Below are positions 1-14,380 of a stretch of 64,000 nt of DNA, piece after piece. The notes below the pieces were generated by a model that searched no databases, was not told the DNA's origin, and worked only from the letters and a program-made list of their open reading frames with translations. The position numbers and the translations under genes were made by a program. Source of the DNA: Eledone cirrhosa (lineage: Eukaryota); contig OZ024742.1 in assembly GCA_964016885.1 (NCBI GenBank), forward strand, positions 272,738,001 to 272,802,000, written 5' to 3'. Each line of letters starts with the position of its first letter. Position 1 is the stretch's first letter.

Positions 1-2059
1 TCCAGCTGCCAGATATGATAAAGTAAGAAAGGGAAATACACTGAGATCGATTATCTCTACTATGTCTTTCACTAGAAAGAAAACTAAATTTCCGTTGAAT
101 AAGAAATCAATACGATGGTTAGGAATAGTTTTCGCATGACCTTCTATGGATAAGGTTGTGTTGTTGAGAGGTTCAGTTCATATACTGATTCCTAGTTCAC
201 TCCCATATCACAATGTGCGGGACAAGTCTTTTTTTTTCTGATACCCTCATATTAACTACCACTTTTTTATTTCAACTTTGTCGAATGAAATTACATCGAT
301 TCCAGAGGCACACACGCAAACTCACATAAACACACACATATATATATATCTATCTATAGGTGTATGTCTGTGTGTGTGTATGTACGTGCCTGTGGGCGTG
401 TGAGTGTATGTGTGAGTATAGGAGTTTATCTTGAGTTGTATCACGTGTTTCAGAATGATTATAAATGTGCTTCAAATGTGGCCAAACCATGCAGGTACTA
501 TGATAACACGTTATCAGCACCGTTGAAATCTTGGGAAACCTGAGAAACGTATGGTAGGTTTTCTTAATGTAAGATACCCAAATAAGCATCCAGTATCTGA
601 TTGTTTCTTTATCAGTGTGGAAAGTTATATGGCTTGAGGCAAAGAATTCCATTATGGTTTTATAGAATTTAAAATTCTATATGTAAAGTGTGTTTCACCC
701 TAGTTATTGATATGGTAATTACAAACAGTAGTCGTTCTAAAACAAGGCAGCTAACCGAAATATGATTTAATATTTGCTTCAAAATCTGATGCCTTTAATT
801 TCTGGCGTACGTTGTTTATTTGTGCCCATGGTAATACCAGAATCTTCTGTGGTTTGGGGCATATTAATGCATTTCCTTTAGACTGTTCCTAAAAGTTGAT
901 GTGCAATCAGTGTTTATCGATTCAATTGTGTCTGCTGAGCCTAGCTAACTAAAGCAAATATTTTTCGGGAAAATATCGATGCATAATTACCCTCTTTGCT
1001 ATATTTTGTATATTCAAAAGATGTTAGATCAGATGACAGGTGAAGTTTACCACCCATGGAGGCCACAGAAGAATTTGATCACATATAGCAAGTAACCAAA
1101 ATAAATGCCACGAAGCAACTGCTCCAGTGCTACACTAATTCCGTTAATTTACCACGCCAGACAGTAACTTTGTTTTATTGAGTCTCACATAGTGCCAAGC
1201 AAAGTTGATAGTTGCTGGTTTTGAAACCAGAGTGCATACGGCCGGGAGAATCTCGCAACATAATTTGTCACTGATGTTAATAAATCTACTAATATCGTAA
1301 GCTATGATGGTTTCCTACAATTTGCTATAATAGTACATAGGTATGTTCATTACCATGTCACTATACTGGATTTGGATTTAGAACACGCAATAATACGGCA
1401 TTACATCCTTTCTAAAATGTCCGTCAACGCATCAGTGCTTATGAACATTTTATTTATCCACATCCAAATTATGAAAGGCAAGGGTGATCTTGGCGATATT
1501 TGAAGTTAGAACGCAGATACCCAGAATAAAATATTGTTTAATCGTGATGTTTTCTATTACTGTATGTAGAATCTCACACTGCTTTTTTTTCCAGTCGTAT
1601 AACATTTTAACATTCCTGAAATACAGTTGAAATGTTAAGATTCTGGCCAGTCATAATTATGCTACATGGAGACATCAATTTCTTCACCTGGATAAACACG
1701 TTTTGTAAGTCAGTGACACGGAGTTTAACCCTGATGTTTTATCGAAGGTTTTGCATCCGTGAATATGCGCAGAACTTACTTTCGAGAGATATTTTCAAAC
1801 AATTAAAACAGCCAAATATTCACATTTCTTTCGTTCCACACATCTTCACTGATAATATTTTGTCCAGATACATGTAGAACACAAAATTTACCTGCTATTG
1901 TGAATCTAAAAACATGAAAGAGAACAAAAATAAAACAACAAAAACAACCCATGCTCTCATGACTCGGAAATAATTTTAAGTTTCCACTTTTGATCCTAGT
2001 ATCGGTGAATAATTTCCCTCTCATTTTCTTTTCCCTCCTTGAAAATCAAAAATCATTAT

Positions 2060-2456
2060 TCGAACAGTGGTTTAGCAGCGTCGGAAAATATGCTTTGTGA
2101 CATAGAGTTAAAGCCCTTTATGTTCTGGGTTCAAATCACGCCAAGTCTAGCTTGACCTTTCATCGTTACGAATCGATAAAATTATAAACACCATTAATGC
2201 AGTGGGGTCGATTAAATCAATGCCCCCTGCCCAATGATTGACCTTATGCTTAAATCTGAAACCTTCATTTGAGTATGGGGGATTGACAGTAGACTCTTGA
2301 TATATATAGTTACGTTCCTTTACGTTGCGAGTTAAAATCCCACTGAAGTTAGATTTGCCTTTCATCCTCACGGGGTCCATAATTAAAGTACCAGTAAAGC
2401 ACAGAGGTCAATTTAATCGACTTTCACCCTCCAAATTGTTACCTAAATCTGAAACC
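2060..2456 (+). mobile_element. Older, diverged fragments of the tRNA-derived SINE family (two partial copies)
   Basis: Diverged matches to the SINE body (gttcaaatc...cctttcatc...gataaaat / ttgcctttcatcctcacggggtc...aagtaccag) found intact at 2474-2659. Confidence 0.6.
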
Positions 2457-2473
2457 ATTATTAGTAATAATTT

Positions 2474-2659
2474 AGGGCGGGGAATTGGCAGTATCGGTAG
2501 AGAGTCGGACGCCATGCTTTCTAGCATAGTTACGTCCCTTTACGGTCTGAGTTCAAATCCCGCCGAGGTTAAATTTGCCTTTCATCCTTACGGGGTCGAT
2601 AAAATAAAGTACCAGTAATGTACTGGGTAATTGCTGGCCTTGTGCCTAAAGTAGACACA
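2474..2659 (+). mobile_element. tRNA-derived SINE, full length, 17-bp TSD
   Basis: A-box-like TGGCAGTATCGG and B-box GAGTTCAAATCC. Direct repeat attattagtaataattt at 2457-2473 and 2660-2676. At least five further copies in the window. Confidence 0.85.
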
Positions 2660-3598
2660 ATTATTAGTAATAATTTCTTTATTATTGGCCACATGGGCTG
2701 AGAAATCATTATTTTAATGTCACAATCACTACTATCTTCCTCATTTGGACTATAATTCTACGCAGATTTATGTGTTAGTATATGTGTTTCAGTGTATCTA
2801 AATGTGTTGTTGTGTACGTGATGGTGTTTCATACTTGTGTATAGTGAATACGATTAAGAATATCTTTTTTCTTTATTTTCATATTTTTTTAAAGTATACA
2901 TTTTCCTGTTCGTAATGAAATTGTCGTCTGTCGTTGTTGGTTTATCACATGTGAAAGGCGGTAAGTTTATTTTAAATGTTCAAAGACAGTTATAGTGATG
3001 TAAAATAATTTTTCGATCACTTCCAAGATTACTTGTATTGCTTCGTGTGATGCAATGTGTTAAGTGTAAATCAGTTTCACAGATCGCATACTACCCCAGA
3101 GTTTAATGTACAATTTTAATAAAATGGTATGTTTCGCAATGTTATCATGCCGGTAATATAGAAAACTTCGCTTTCGATTGGTACATACATTATTTTCATC
3201 GTATTCACTTGAACAATTCATACTATAAAACACGGAGACTTTTGTTTGGCAATAGTTATCCACCAGCTAAAAAGAGGAGGTGAAGAAATAGGCATTTGCT
3301 TTGGTGTTTGGGGCTGGGGTCTCCTCGCAGGGTCGATAGGTATGCGACAGGTATGCGACTCTGCCCTAGTTGAATGGTAGACTGAATCTGTTACCTAGTT
3401 TAACATTGTTTGGGGGAATTTAATGTCATACGCCTCAGATTTCATAATGCCTTCATACTTTTCACTATTCATAAACGAAAATTCAAGGAGAACACCTTTA
3501 TATAGTTCCTAAACAGATTAAAAACAGTTTAGAATGCTCCAGGAACCACGCAATACGGAGTGTTTATTCATGTTTTTGTTTGTACATTTGTACAAAGC

Positions 3599-3649
<51 letters not shown>

Positions 3650-4189
3650 TTCATTCTTGAATTTGTTTAGCAAGATCTTTTACCTGAAAACGTGTGTTGA
3701 AACATATTATTGTTATATTTTGGGAGGGTCATACTGCCAATAAAAACACACTCACCTCTCAGTTTTCACTTCAATTTGTTATAAATATCCGGTTGGTTCC
3801 TTTGTTCGATAACCGGATGGTTGTTTATATATTGCCAAATCTCTTTCGTCACTGAGAAGGTCATATAAGTAACCGAAATTGACGCTCAAAACGCCTGGAT
3901 AATTTCAGCCATTACTTGCTTTCATAGAGTTTTATAACAATATCACTTATTAAACAAACATTTATAGGTCAATAATTAGTAATTTCTAGTTTTGAAAAAT
4001 GTCCAGAGAATTGATTAAATGAAACCCAGTACTTCATGGGTACTTAATTTTAACGCGCCAGTAAAGAAGAAATGCAAAATTGATCTTGATGGGATTTGAA
4101 TTCAGAACGTTCAGCCAGAACATATACCATAATGACATTTTATCCAATGTTCAACCAAGGATGCCAGTCCACTCTCTTTTATGACAATA

Positions 4190-4335
4190 AATAGAATCCC
4201 AGGTTCAATCCGGGGTAATGACAGTAAGAAAGGTACTCAATATATTAGCCGCATGTAAACCACAAATTAAATATAGAAATGGTTTGTACAGGACTAGAAC
4301 TGATTTGTTCAAAGGAAATCATCAGGAAAGACAAC
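4190..4335 (-). repeat. Degenerate copy of the 24.5-26.1 kb pLTR-like repeat (HHR core decayed)
   Basis: Shares aaggtactcaata and caggactagaactg...gaaatcatcagga with 24509-24559 and 25622-25752. The GAAA of the core is mutated. Confidence 0.6.
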
Positions 4336-5216
4336 TATAATTAATACATGTTATTTGCATATTTTATGATGTTCAAGGAAGGTGGTCACTTTGAGGAAGG
4401 GCAGATGTCATTCGCCAAGGGGCTTTAAGGAACAGGGACTATTTGAAAAAAAAATGTTTATGAATAGTCACATTAATACAATGACAGATAAAAGGCAAGC
4501 CTCTCATCCATACTTAAATAACTTTAGACACTCCCAACTAAAAAACACCCGATCATTTTTTAGGGTTCATTTATTCTAAGCAAACAAAGAGATTTCATTA
4601 AGCGGCTGTATTGTCAGGATCTGGCCAAATCAGTTCTGCTATCAATTGGATATTAACAACTGTGAAATCAATTAGTCATGAGGATGTTGGAATCTGCAAC
4701 ATTGGCTACACCAATGACTAGCATAACTACACCTATGTTTGCATAATCATCTGAAGGTACATGCATAAACATGTAACAGAAATATCTATATTGCAATAAA
4801 GCAATTATGCAGAAGTAATCCTGTCTTAACTATTCTTATTTATAAAGGAATACTTCGTCACTTCTAATCATCAACTCTTAGCTGGGATAAACTAATGGTT
4901 TGAAATGTTTTTGGATCCACTCGGAGCGGATTTTCCTAAAAAAGTTAGAGGTTGATGTAGGAAGAAGTCTCCTTCATCAGAAGAAAGAATGAAAAATTTA
5001 AAGAATAAATAGATAAATTGAAGGAACGGGGAGAGCGAAATACGAAAAATTTATTTTGCCATCACTTGGAAAACTGTTGATGTTAGAGTGCGTCCATTGG
5101 AAAGGAAAAAAATCCGTTTTGTATATGGAGCTGTACGTGCGCACACATACACGCGCGCGCGCACAAACGCACAGGCACACACAGAAATATATAATAATAA
5201 TGATAATAATAATAAT

Positions 5217-8200
5217 GGGTTCTTTATTGGCCACAAGGGCTAACATGAAGAAAAACATTAGAGACGACACAGAACAGTACAGAACGATACAAAGTGGGTT
5301 TTGGTCGTGTAAACAGGTTGTAACAAGATAGAAATCGGACTAGAAATCAAAATAAATTGAAACAACAAAGATTCCACAAAAAGGGGGAAACCTCCGAGGT
5401 TCACTCGTGGCGAAACCACAGAAAAAGACCACGGCCACCCTGACAACCAGGGCAGGCGCCCTCTCACAGTTTCCTCCTCCTCAGTCTGCAGGCGGATGCT
5501 CAGAGCGGGCCCGTTCACTCAGAGTAGACTCACTACTTTCACCCACCTTTCAACAAACTTACTAGAAGACAGAACTTGCCTCTCCACCCTGATTTACCTT
5601 TTGAAGTGAAACTTGAAAAAGTTAATCAGGGATTGGCTGGAGAGGAAAGTGTCCGTCTTCAACCTTTTCAACCTTGCCCACCACACAATCTATTTCGCCA
5701 TGGTTACCAGGCAGATGAAAACTCCCTGCCCTTCCTGTTCTTTAAAGGAGGATGGCGGGGCTTTCTGCATAATGAACTCAGTCGATAACCGGATCCGTCC
5801 TACACGACACAGCAGCTGTTCGACATAACTCCACAAGTCAGCAATCCTCGGGCACTGAACGAGTGCGTGCAGGACGGTTTTACGCCCTGTGTGCATCTCG
5901 GACAGGTTTGGCTGACGGCACTTCCCTGCCTGTAGAGCTTATGTCGAACCGGCAATGCCAAGCCAGGGATTTCTGGAAGTTGTCCATAGGACCCGGGCTG
6001 AAAGTTCTCTTTAAGAGAGAGAAGAGCTGATCATCTTCGATGCCCAGGGTCTCCCTCATAACGTCGTCACACTTCAGCTCCTCTATAGAAAGCTGAGGTG
6101 GATGTTCTTCCGATACTAGTGCTCAGCTGGTAGAAGGTTGTGAGTGCTTGGAGACATTTCAGCTTCCAAGCGCTATCCCTCGGTCTTTCCCTGATGAAGG
6201 ACTGCAGCTCCGTTAATGAGACAAGCTGAGGTAAACACGTCTGGCAAACGGCGATCACACGTTTTCACCGTCAAGGAAATACCAGAGCTGTCACAGCCTC
6301 AGCCCGTGTTTACGCATCATCAGCCACGGCATGCCCTGTCCCCCACCCAACGGGTGTTGACAGCAAATGGATCGTCTATTCATGGAAGCACGCCACTTCC
6401 ATAAAAAGAGGAAGGAGAGGCGCTCCATTTTTATAAGAGTTGGGCTGCGGCAAGGCAGAACAATTAGGCGGTAGCAGATGACTGATGCGATGAACGCTTT
6501 CGCCACATCTGCCTGACCTTTCTGAGAGAGCTTCCTCTCGACCCATTTCTGGGTGAGAGAGGCCACATGCTCGTCACCTTGCTCCAGTTTTTCTCCATCT
6601 GGAGCTCCAGACGGATCCAGAACCCGATCCACTTAGTCGGTCCTCCGTCTAGCGCCCCACGACGCTGTCCGGCGGCATGGACTTGCCTTTCAAGATGCCG
6701 AGTGCAAACCCACCGACTTTTCCTGGTTTATCTTTGCTCTTGTCACTGATTGATATTCCTTGAGAGCGATGCCGAGCATCTGGACGTGTCCGCTGCTTGA
6801 CACCATTACGGTGACGTCGTCCGCGTCAGCCGATATGGACCTCCCACATCCCAGTTTGCGTGGGACATATCTCATCGCCTCCAATTTGAGCAGTAACGGC
6901 TCTAGGGCCAACACGTACAAGAATGACGAGAGGAGACAACCCTGCCGGATCATGCGCATGATGCTGAACGGCAGTGACTGATGACCGTTCACTTTCACAA
7001 TTGAGCAAATGCCACTGTGCATCGCAGCGATCCCACCCCTGAAAATGAGCCCGAATCCGTCAATCTCGTGCACCGTCACCAGGTACCAATGGTCGACTCT
7101 ATCAAATACCTTAGATTGATCCAATTGATTAGGGCTCCACCCGTGCCAGATTCCTTAACCACACTCTATATGATGTATCGCGCATGAGGTGGAGGTTGTC
7201 GTGGATGGATCTGTCCAAAATGGCGCATGCTGCGCCTCTCCCACCATATCACCGATGGGAAGAGCCAATCTCGTTGCTAACACACTGGTCAACATTTTGA
7301 TATTTGCGTTTAACAGAGTTATGCGCCTAAAGTTGTCTATAACGTCCCCTTGTTCGGATTATTTCTCAACAGCGCGACCGCTCCCCGGCTCACAAAACTT
7401 GGAATGCTCCCGTTCTGCTGCATTAGACATCTGCCAAGAAATCGCGGAACAAATCTGGCATGTACGAATAAAGCTCGTAGGGAAGACCATCCAAACCTGG
7501 CATTTTACTCCTCGTGCAATCAGACATCGCTTCCCGTATTTCACCTGCTGTTATCGGCTCTTCGCAATACTGCGCTGCGGTCGTCGAGAGCTGCGAGAGT
7601 CCCTCGTGCTATGCACTGAAGTTCATACTCCGATCCGTCCGGACGCCGCTCCCAAACATTTGAGCAATGTGCTGCTGAAGAGTCTCAGACATTTGCTCAG
7701 GTTCGAGTAACATGCGCCCGTTTTTGACAGGCAAGGACCGAATTGTGGATTTGTTGCCACGTCGCGCCTCCATCACCGGGGCCCATGGACTGCTTTTTCC
7801 CCCTCATGTCTCATAGCACGCGCCCTAGCTCTGACAACGCAGCCTTCGCGCTGTGCGTTGAAGAATTTGTCGATTGCCAATCTCGTAGCAAGCACGTCGG
7901 TTGCGATGCCTGTCCTAAACGCCTCCTCTAGCTTTCTATCTACCTCTCCTTCTACTCTATTTTCCTCTATCACTAGTCCTTTGATAAACCTTATCGATTC
8001 GTCTCTAATTGCCCTTTTCAGGGTAAACCACCACCTATTGTTGACGATGGCACCCGCCAAGGCACGCTGAACAAATTGAGTCTCCGGTCTTTGTAAGCTT
8101 TGTGTGACGGGGAAGGCGTATTACAGTAACCGGGTGCATGCCTATGAAGTCTATCAAAGTTCACTTCAGATGTGTGGTCCGTGCAGTCGACTAGATTAAA

Positions 8201-11118
8201 TTGTGGACAACATAGGCCAGCCTTATCTGTTTCCCTACAGAATAATCTATCTAGATACTATCTGGATGACCCGACGTGATTTGCCCATGTCCACATTGGC
8301 ACATTCGAATAATCCAGTCGATATGTCACACATTTGAAAACATCTGAGCAGGTTGGTGAGGCTTTTACATCCTCCTCCCTTATTTACTAATCACACATAA
8401 TCCCAGTGTGTATTTAAGATAACGTTCCAGTCGCCACTAACACTAAAGAGCGGGACGTTCCAAGAAAGGTCTCTAGACGTCTGCAGAAATCTGGCCGTCC
8501 TGCCCTTGTTGGGGCGTAGACGGCTACGAGCCTGAAAGCATTGCCTTCACTGCTTGTCTCGTCCAGTACTACCCACTTACCTTCATGGTCGTGGAAGATG
8601 GCCTGTATGGCGAAATCCAAGACTTTCCGAAAAGGCACAACATCCCTCCCCCGCTTCCGAGCGGCAGTGAGATGCGTATACATCGTAGACACCGAAGTCC
8701 GGTGCGTAGTCCCGTGGTTCGGGAACAATTCTGGTCTCGCTGATGGCCGCCACATTTATGTTTAGTGACCTGAGATCGTTAAGCAGGTGGCCCTGCTTCC
8801 AAGATGACCCCTGGCCACGAATATTTATACTGCCTATTTAAAGAAAGGCCATGTTGGGCGAGTAATGGAGTAGGTGAGAAGGATCATCTACCCTGATCGT
8901 GTGGGAAAGGGACAGTCGAACCGTCCCTTTGGCTGGTCATGGGTGTCTCCAATATGATCTCGGTCTATATCCTCTTCGTAACCGACCCTCTGAAGTCTCC
9001 AACCGCTTTGGGGAATTTTTGTTTTAAATGTTTATATTGTTCTATTTTAATTTTCATAATGTTTATATTTTGGGGAAATGTTCTTGGTGTCTGTGGGTAA
9101 TGTCTGTGTGCTGCTTTATATGTTCTAATATTTCTCTATTTGCCATGTTTATGGCTGTGTAATGATTTGGGGAGGATTTTGTTTTGTTGCTGTTTTCTTA
9201 TTGGTGCTGTTGGGTACGTTTGCCTTTTTGTGTATGCAATGTTGGTGTTTGTGCTGATGCTGGTGGTGGTGTGGTTGTTGTTGGTGGTGATGCTTGTGGT
9301 GGTCATGGTGGTGGGTTTGCTGTGTGTCGACTTGCAGCCTTTACCCCTCTTTGTTTGCCTTCGCTTCTGGAGTGTGAACTAAGGGATTCTTTCTTCTTTG
9401 ATTTTTGTGGCTTACCGTTTGCCACTTCACTCCTGCCTCAGACTCCATGTCGGATTCCGTGGCGTCTGGGAGGGGTATCTGCTCCACGGCTGTTGGTGGT
9501 GGTAGTGGTGCCCTCTCCGGCGATTTTGTTGCTGGTGCAGCTACTGCAAATGTAGGTACTGGTGTTGCAGCCACTGCCGTTAATGAATTAGTTGTCCGTG
9601 GCCTTGCTATGGGTGCCGCGGACAATGCCCTCCTACTCACTACTCACGGTACAAGGGTTTTCTGCCGTTGTTGCCTGCCTTGCTTTTGGTATCAGCGGAC
9701 CAGGCATCGGAAGGTGGGGGAAGGCGCTTCTCCTTCGCTGTCATTTGACCCACAGAGAAAGCATTTTGGGCGCCTTCCTTCCACGCTTATAGCGAGATGG
9801 AGTCCTTCCTCGAGGTCTATTATATCGGCGATATATCCGCGATACAGTCCTGGTCAGTTTGTATTAGCTTTTGCATGCCTATATCTGACCAGTCTCTCTC
9901 CCTCTTTTCTCTATTTGCAGCACGATCGTCCTAATCTCGATTCCAGCAAGGACAGACGCGGCCAGCCAAGGTACGAGCACGTCGGGCGGCACCTGGGGCA
10001 ATTTGACCCTCACAAATTTCTGCCCACAGTAGAAGGGCACCAAGACTATCTCCTCAATCATTCAGGTTACCAATGCGTACGATCTTGCCTCGTGCGGATG
10101 GCAAAAAGTACGTCAAATCTGGCATATTTGTTCACTCGGAGGATGTGTGTTTTGCGCGCCCAGACGCACCCCAAGGCCTTTTGGATATGAGCCTCCGTGG
10201 CTCTCTCCACCCGATGAGATATTTTGTTTACAGTCCGGTAAGTCACCGTCCGTAACTGCTGGTCCTTGAAAAAATCGGGTGGAGGTTTCAGGGAGACTCG
10301 ATGGGCATTTCTTGTCACCATGGCCCTTGCGACTGCAATCTCCTCCTCCGTGACTAGCACTGTTTCGATATTTCGGGCCACCCCTGCTAACGAAGTGACC
10401 CCTTTTTCAGCGGTACCACTATTGCTGCCGCTACTGGTCTTGCTGAGATCGCTGTTACTGGTATTGATGTCATTGTTGTTGTTTTCCGTGGTACTGTTGC
10501 TGCTGTTATTGTTGTCATTGATGTTGTTTTCGTTGATACTGTTGCTGCTGTAACTGTTGCTGTGGCTGTTGTTATCATTGTTGTTTTTGGTGATACTGTT
10601 CCCATTGTTATTGTTGTTGTGGCTTTTGTTATTGTCTTTCTCGAACTTATCGCTGTTATTTTTGTTGTTGCTGTTGTTTTTGATGGTGTTCTTGGTGGTG
10701 TTATTGTTGGTGTTGTTTGTGTTAGTAATATTCGGTAATTTTAAATCTGAAACAATATCATTAAAAATGATATTTTTCCTCTTTTCCTTCGTAATATTTT
10801 CTTTTATATTCACCTTCACTCGAACGCTGTCTTGTTGACATGTTGACACAGTCTCCCTCTCTCTGAGTTCTCTGATAGCGCTCTCTCTCATTTTTGTGAT
10901 ATTCATGTTGGAAAGAAATTTTTTTTTCAATAAATTTTACATAATACGACTCCCCATAAAAAGGTGTCATATTATTTACGATTGAACACCTCTATTTGGT
11001 GGATCACTTCTTCTAAACTCTTATCAAGTTTAAAACTGGAATAAAAGATTAAGATCGATTGAAATCGATGAAAACTGTTGAAAAAACTGGAGCCGATAAG
11101 AAGCGTTTCTTCACCTTC
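5217..11118 (-). mobile_element. Tx1/L1-clade non-LTR retrotransposon, near full length, decayed (copy A)
   Basis: ORF1 remnants at about 8900-10930 (Asn/Thr-rich). ORF2 about 8850 to 5500 in frameshifted pieces: APE endonuclease (FRLVAVYAP), RT (DQSKVFDRVDH, RQGCLLS, ADADDV for YADD), C-terminal C-x2-C...H-x4-C. AATAAA on the minus strand at 5223-5228. (AAT)n at both ends. Confidence 0.9.
10067..10930 (-). pseudogene. Tx1 ORF1 N-terminal part with Asn-rich low-complexity tract
   Basis: 287-aa ORF upstream of ORF2, same strand; continues as frameshifted ORFs 9879-10061 and 9341-9640. Confidence 0.7.
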
Positions 11119-11458
11119 AATAATAATAATTATTATAATATCCACCTGGTGAATAGAGTGTTATGGAATCGCTCGCGTAAGATTTTGATTTTTTACATAT
11201 TTAAAGCAATTGTCATATGATAATTCTTATTACAAATGGGACATAAGGCACCAGGCTTCGCTCAAAGGAAGTGAGCACCCATAACACCCTGGCATATGGC
11301 TCAAATATTTAATTTTGTATTAGAACCTTTATACTAAAAAAAGAAAAGTGTTACAAATGGAAGAAAACCCCTCTGTGTACACTAAATACAACAGGCAAAT
11401 AATGGCAATTTCACTACCACCAATCGCAGCATAATAATAATCATTATTGTATCTGGGA

Positions 11459-11608
11459 CGCCATGCTTTCCAGCATAGTTACGTCCCTTTACGATCTGAG
11501 TTCAAATCCCGCCGAGGTTGACTTTACCTTTCATCCTTACGGGGTCGATAAAATAAAGTACCAGTAATGCACTGGGTAATTGCTGGCCTTGTGCCTAAAG
11601 TAGAAACA
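11459..11608 (+). mobile_element. 5'-truncated tRNA-derived SINE with 16-bp TSD
   Basis: attattgtatctggga at 11443-11458 and 11609-11624 flanks the SINE body; B-box GAGTTCAAATCC retained. Confidence 0.85.
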
Positions 11609-11624
11609 ATTATTGTATCTGGGA

Positions 11625-14110
11625 AAGACTTGGGCCGAAGAAAAAGTTCATGATATACATGCCTCATGGATAGACAGAAAAATGAATGAAACAGCTCACC
11701 TTGTGGAACAAACATGGGAAATATAACAGTTGAACATCTGCGTTTAGCTCTTAGAAAATCCAGCAAATGGAAATCACCAGGAAAATAAAAAAACAAAATG
11801 TCTTCAAACCGTCTCATGAGCGGTTGTTAGCGCAACTTTACAACGAAATGGTTAAGGAGCCAGAAAAGATACCATCATGGCTAGTTAAAGACATTACATT
11901 TCTACTTCCGAAGAATGATGAGACAAATAATCCAAACTATTACAAACCAATAACTTGCTTGACCACAATGTATGATATCTAAACATCAGTTCTAACTGAA
12001 TATACATATGATCACCTGATAACAAATGATCAATTTCCCAACGATCAGAAAGGATGTAAACGAGACTCATATGAGTGTAAGGATCAGCTTTTGAATAACA
12101 AAATGATACTGGAAGATTGTCATAATAGACACGAAACACACATCAATTGCTTGGAAATTTACAAAAAAAAATCATTCCCTAGTTTGCCACACAGTTGGAT
12201 TGAAAAGTGTTTAGAGATTTTCAAAAGATCTCCCGTTGTCATGAGGTTCCTGTCATTCAGTATGAAAAAATAGAAAACAACACTTCTTTTGAATAGGGAA
12301 AGAAATCTCTTGAAGCTGGAGAAGTTAATATTAATTGTGACATTTTTCAGGCTGACTCTTTATCACAGCTTTTATTCTGCAGAGCAATTATACCATTAAA
12401 TAAAATGCTCAATGAAACAAAACATGGATATAAAGTCTATGTGAAAACCATTAATCACTTGTTCTACATGGATGACCTGAAACTATTTGGAAAAAATAAT
12501 GAGCAATTGCAAGGGCTATTATCCACTGTGAAGCAGTTCAGTGATGATATTAAAATGGAATTTGGACTGGATAAATGGGACAAAGCCACGTTCACCAGAG
12601 GAAAGCTGCTGAGAAGTTCAGACATTAATCTTGATCGGGGAAATGTGATAAGAGAACTTGATCAAGAGGAAACTTACAAATATCTAGGTGTTTGTGAAGC
12701 AGACGGAATAAAGCACTCGACAATTAGGTAAAGGATAAGGAAGGAATGTTGCCGCAGAGTAAGTGCAATCTTACGAACGGGGTTGAATGCAAGGAATGGG
12801 ATCGATGACATAAACACGCTTGCCATACAAGTAGTCACTTCTGGTTTCTGTCATGAACTGGTCAAGTACAGAGATCCGTAGTCTCGATACAAAAATCAGA
12901 AAATACTTAACCATGCACAGAATGCATCACCCTAAGGCAGTTACAGATAGAATATATCTCCCTAGGAAAGAAGGAGGACGTGGATTAATCCAGTTAGATA
13001 TTGCTTTGAAAACTGCACGAACTGGACTATCTACATATCTAAGGGAGGCACATGATTGGACGATGAAACTCGTTTTGAAACATGAAAACATCAACAGGTC
13101 ATACTCCATTACAAAAGATGCACAAAGATACAGTAACGAACTACAAATTTCAGAAGTTCCATTTACTGCTGAAATGAAAAGCACAGAAAAAGGAAAGCAG
13201 GTACAAGTGACTGCAAAGAAAGAACTGTACAGAAACTGGCTAAAAAATGGCAAGAAAAGCCTCTGAATCGAAAATACCCAGAAAGAGCTAACAATCCTGA
13301 TGTTGACAAAACTTTAACGCATCAGTGGTTGGCATCCTCTGAACTGAAATCGGAGAGTGAATGACTGATTATATCAACCCAAGATCAGTGTCTGCCAACA
13401 AAAGATTAACAAGCCAACATCATAAAAAATGGATGCAACCCATTATGCCGTGTATGTAAAAAACAACCAGAGAACATTGATCATATAATATCCTTGTGCA
13501 ATCCTATAGCTCCAACCGAATACCCACACATGCACGACAATGCTCCACAATACATACATTGGATAATGTGTAAGCATTTTGACCTGCCCCATCAAAAGAA
13601 TTGGCGGAAGCATCAACCTTCGCCCGTACTTTAAAAGATTGCATCTCAATCTAGTGGAACTTTAGCATCCAAACAAAGCTAATGATAGATGCAAATAGAC
13701 CTGATATAATACTGAAGGACATTAAAATAGGGTATGCCTGCTAATTGGTATGTCCGTTCCAATAGACAAGAATCGATCTATAAAAAACATTTATGGAAAA
13801 ATTGAACAAGTATAAAGACCTGGACATAGAGATTAGAAAAATGTGGAAGTTGAGAACTAAAACAATACCAGTGGTTGTAGGCGTTCTAGGAATAATATCT
13901 AAGGGGTCTAATGATTACTTATGCAAAATTACAGGAAACCCGGGTATGTAAGAAATACGAAAGAAGATTCTGTCAAAATATGTACGTCACAAGACTAACC
14001 ATGTGTGTATGTGTGTCTTCTTATTTCAGTATGGCGGACCGTGTTGTCTCTTGAGTTCACTGGTTGCGTCTTGGTGATAACTCGTATGAACATAAAGCAA
14101 GATAAATGCA
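11625..14110 (+). mobile_element. R4/Dong-clade non-LTR retrotransposon (RT + CCHC + restriction-like endonuclease), 5'-truncated, decayed
   Basis: RT motifs KWKSPG, YKPITCLTTMY, INHLFYMDDLKLF; thumb region RIYLPRKEGGRGL; zinc knuckle near 13440-13500 (LCRVC...IDHIISLC); RLE-type ANRPDII...KYKDL...IPVVVG. 3' end runs into (AAT)n, matching the known (TAA)n preference of Dong elements. Confidence 0.85.
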
Positions 14111-14136
14111 ATAATAATATAAATAATAATAATAAT

Positions 14137-14322
14137 TGGTTCTACTTTAGGCACAAGGCCAGCAATTATCCAGTGCATTACTGGTACTTTATTTTATCGA
14201 CCCCTGTAAAGATGAAAGGCAAAATCAACCTCGGCGGGATTTGAATTCAGATCGTAAAGGGACGTAACTATGCTGGAAAGCATAGCGTCCGACCCTCTAC
14301 CGATACTGCCAATCCACCTCCC
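14137..14322 (-). mobile_element. tRNA-derived SINE inserted in (AAT)n
   Basis: Reverse complement of the 2474-2659 SINE, flanked on both sides by ataaataataataat. Confidence 0.85.
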
Positions 14323-14329
14323 TAAAATA

Positions 14330-14379
<50 letters not shown>

Positions 14380-14380
<1 letters not shown>

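Noticed and set aside
1-2050. Possible host-gene exons in the first 2 kb and near 3240-3420
   Set aside because: No recognisable protein motif or convincing splice-bounded frame; small exons cannot be excluded without RNA-seq.
2474-2570. Possible tRNA gene (A and B boxes)
   Set aside because: No convincing cloverleaf; it is the head of a multi-copy SINE with TSDs.
3845-3895. Hammerhead-like string CTGAGAA-ggt..acc-GAAA-ttga..tcaa
   Set aside because: Core deviates from CUGANGA and there is no valid UH site or stem I; at best a decayed relic.
10266-10838. Poly-Leu hydrophobic ORFs resembling membrane proteins
   Set aside because: Antisense reading of the Asn-rich ORF1 tract.
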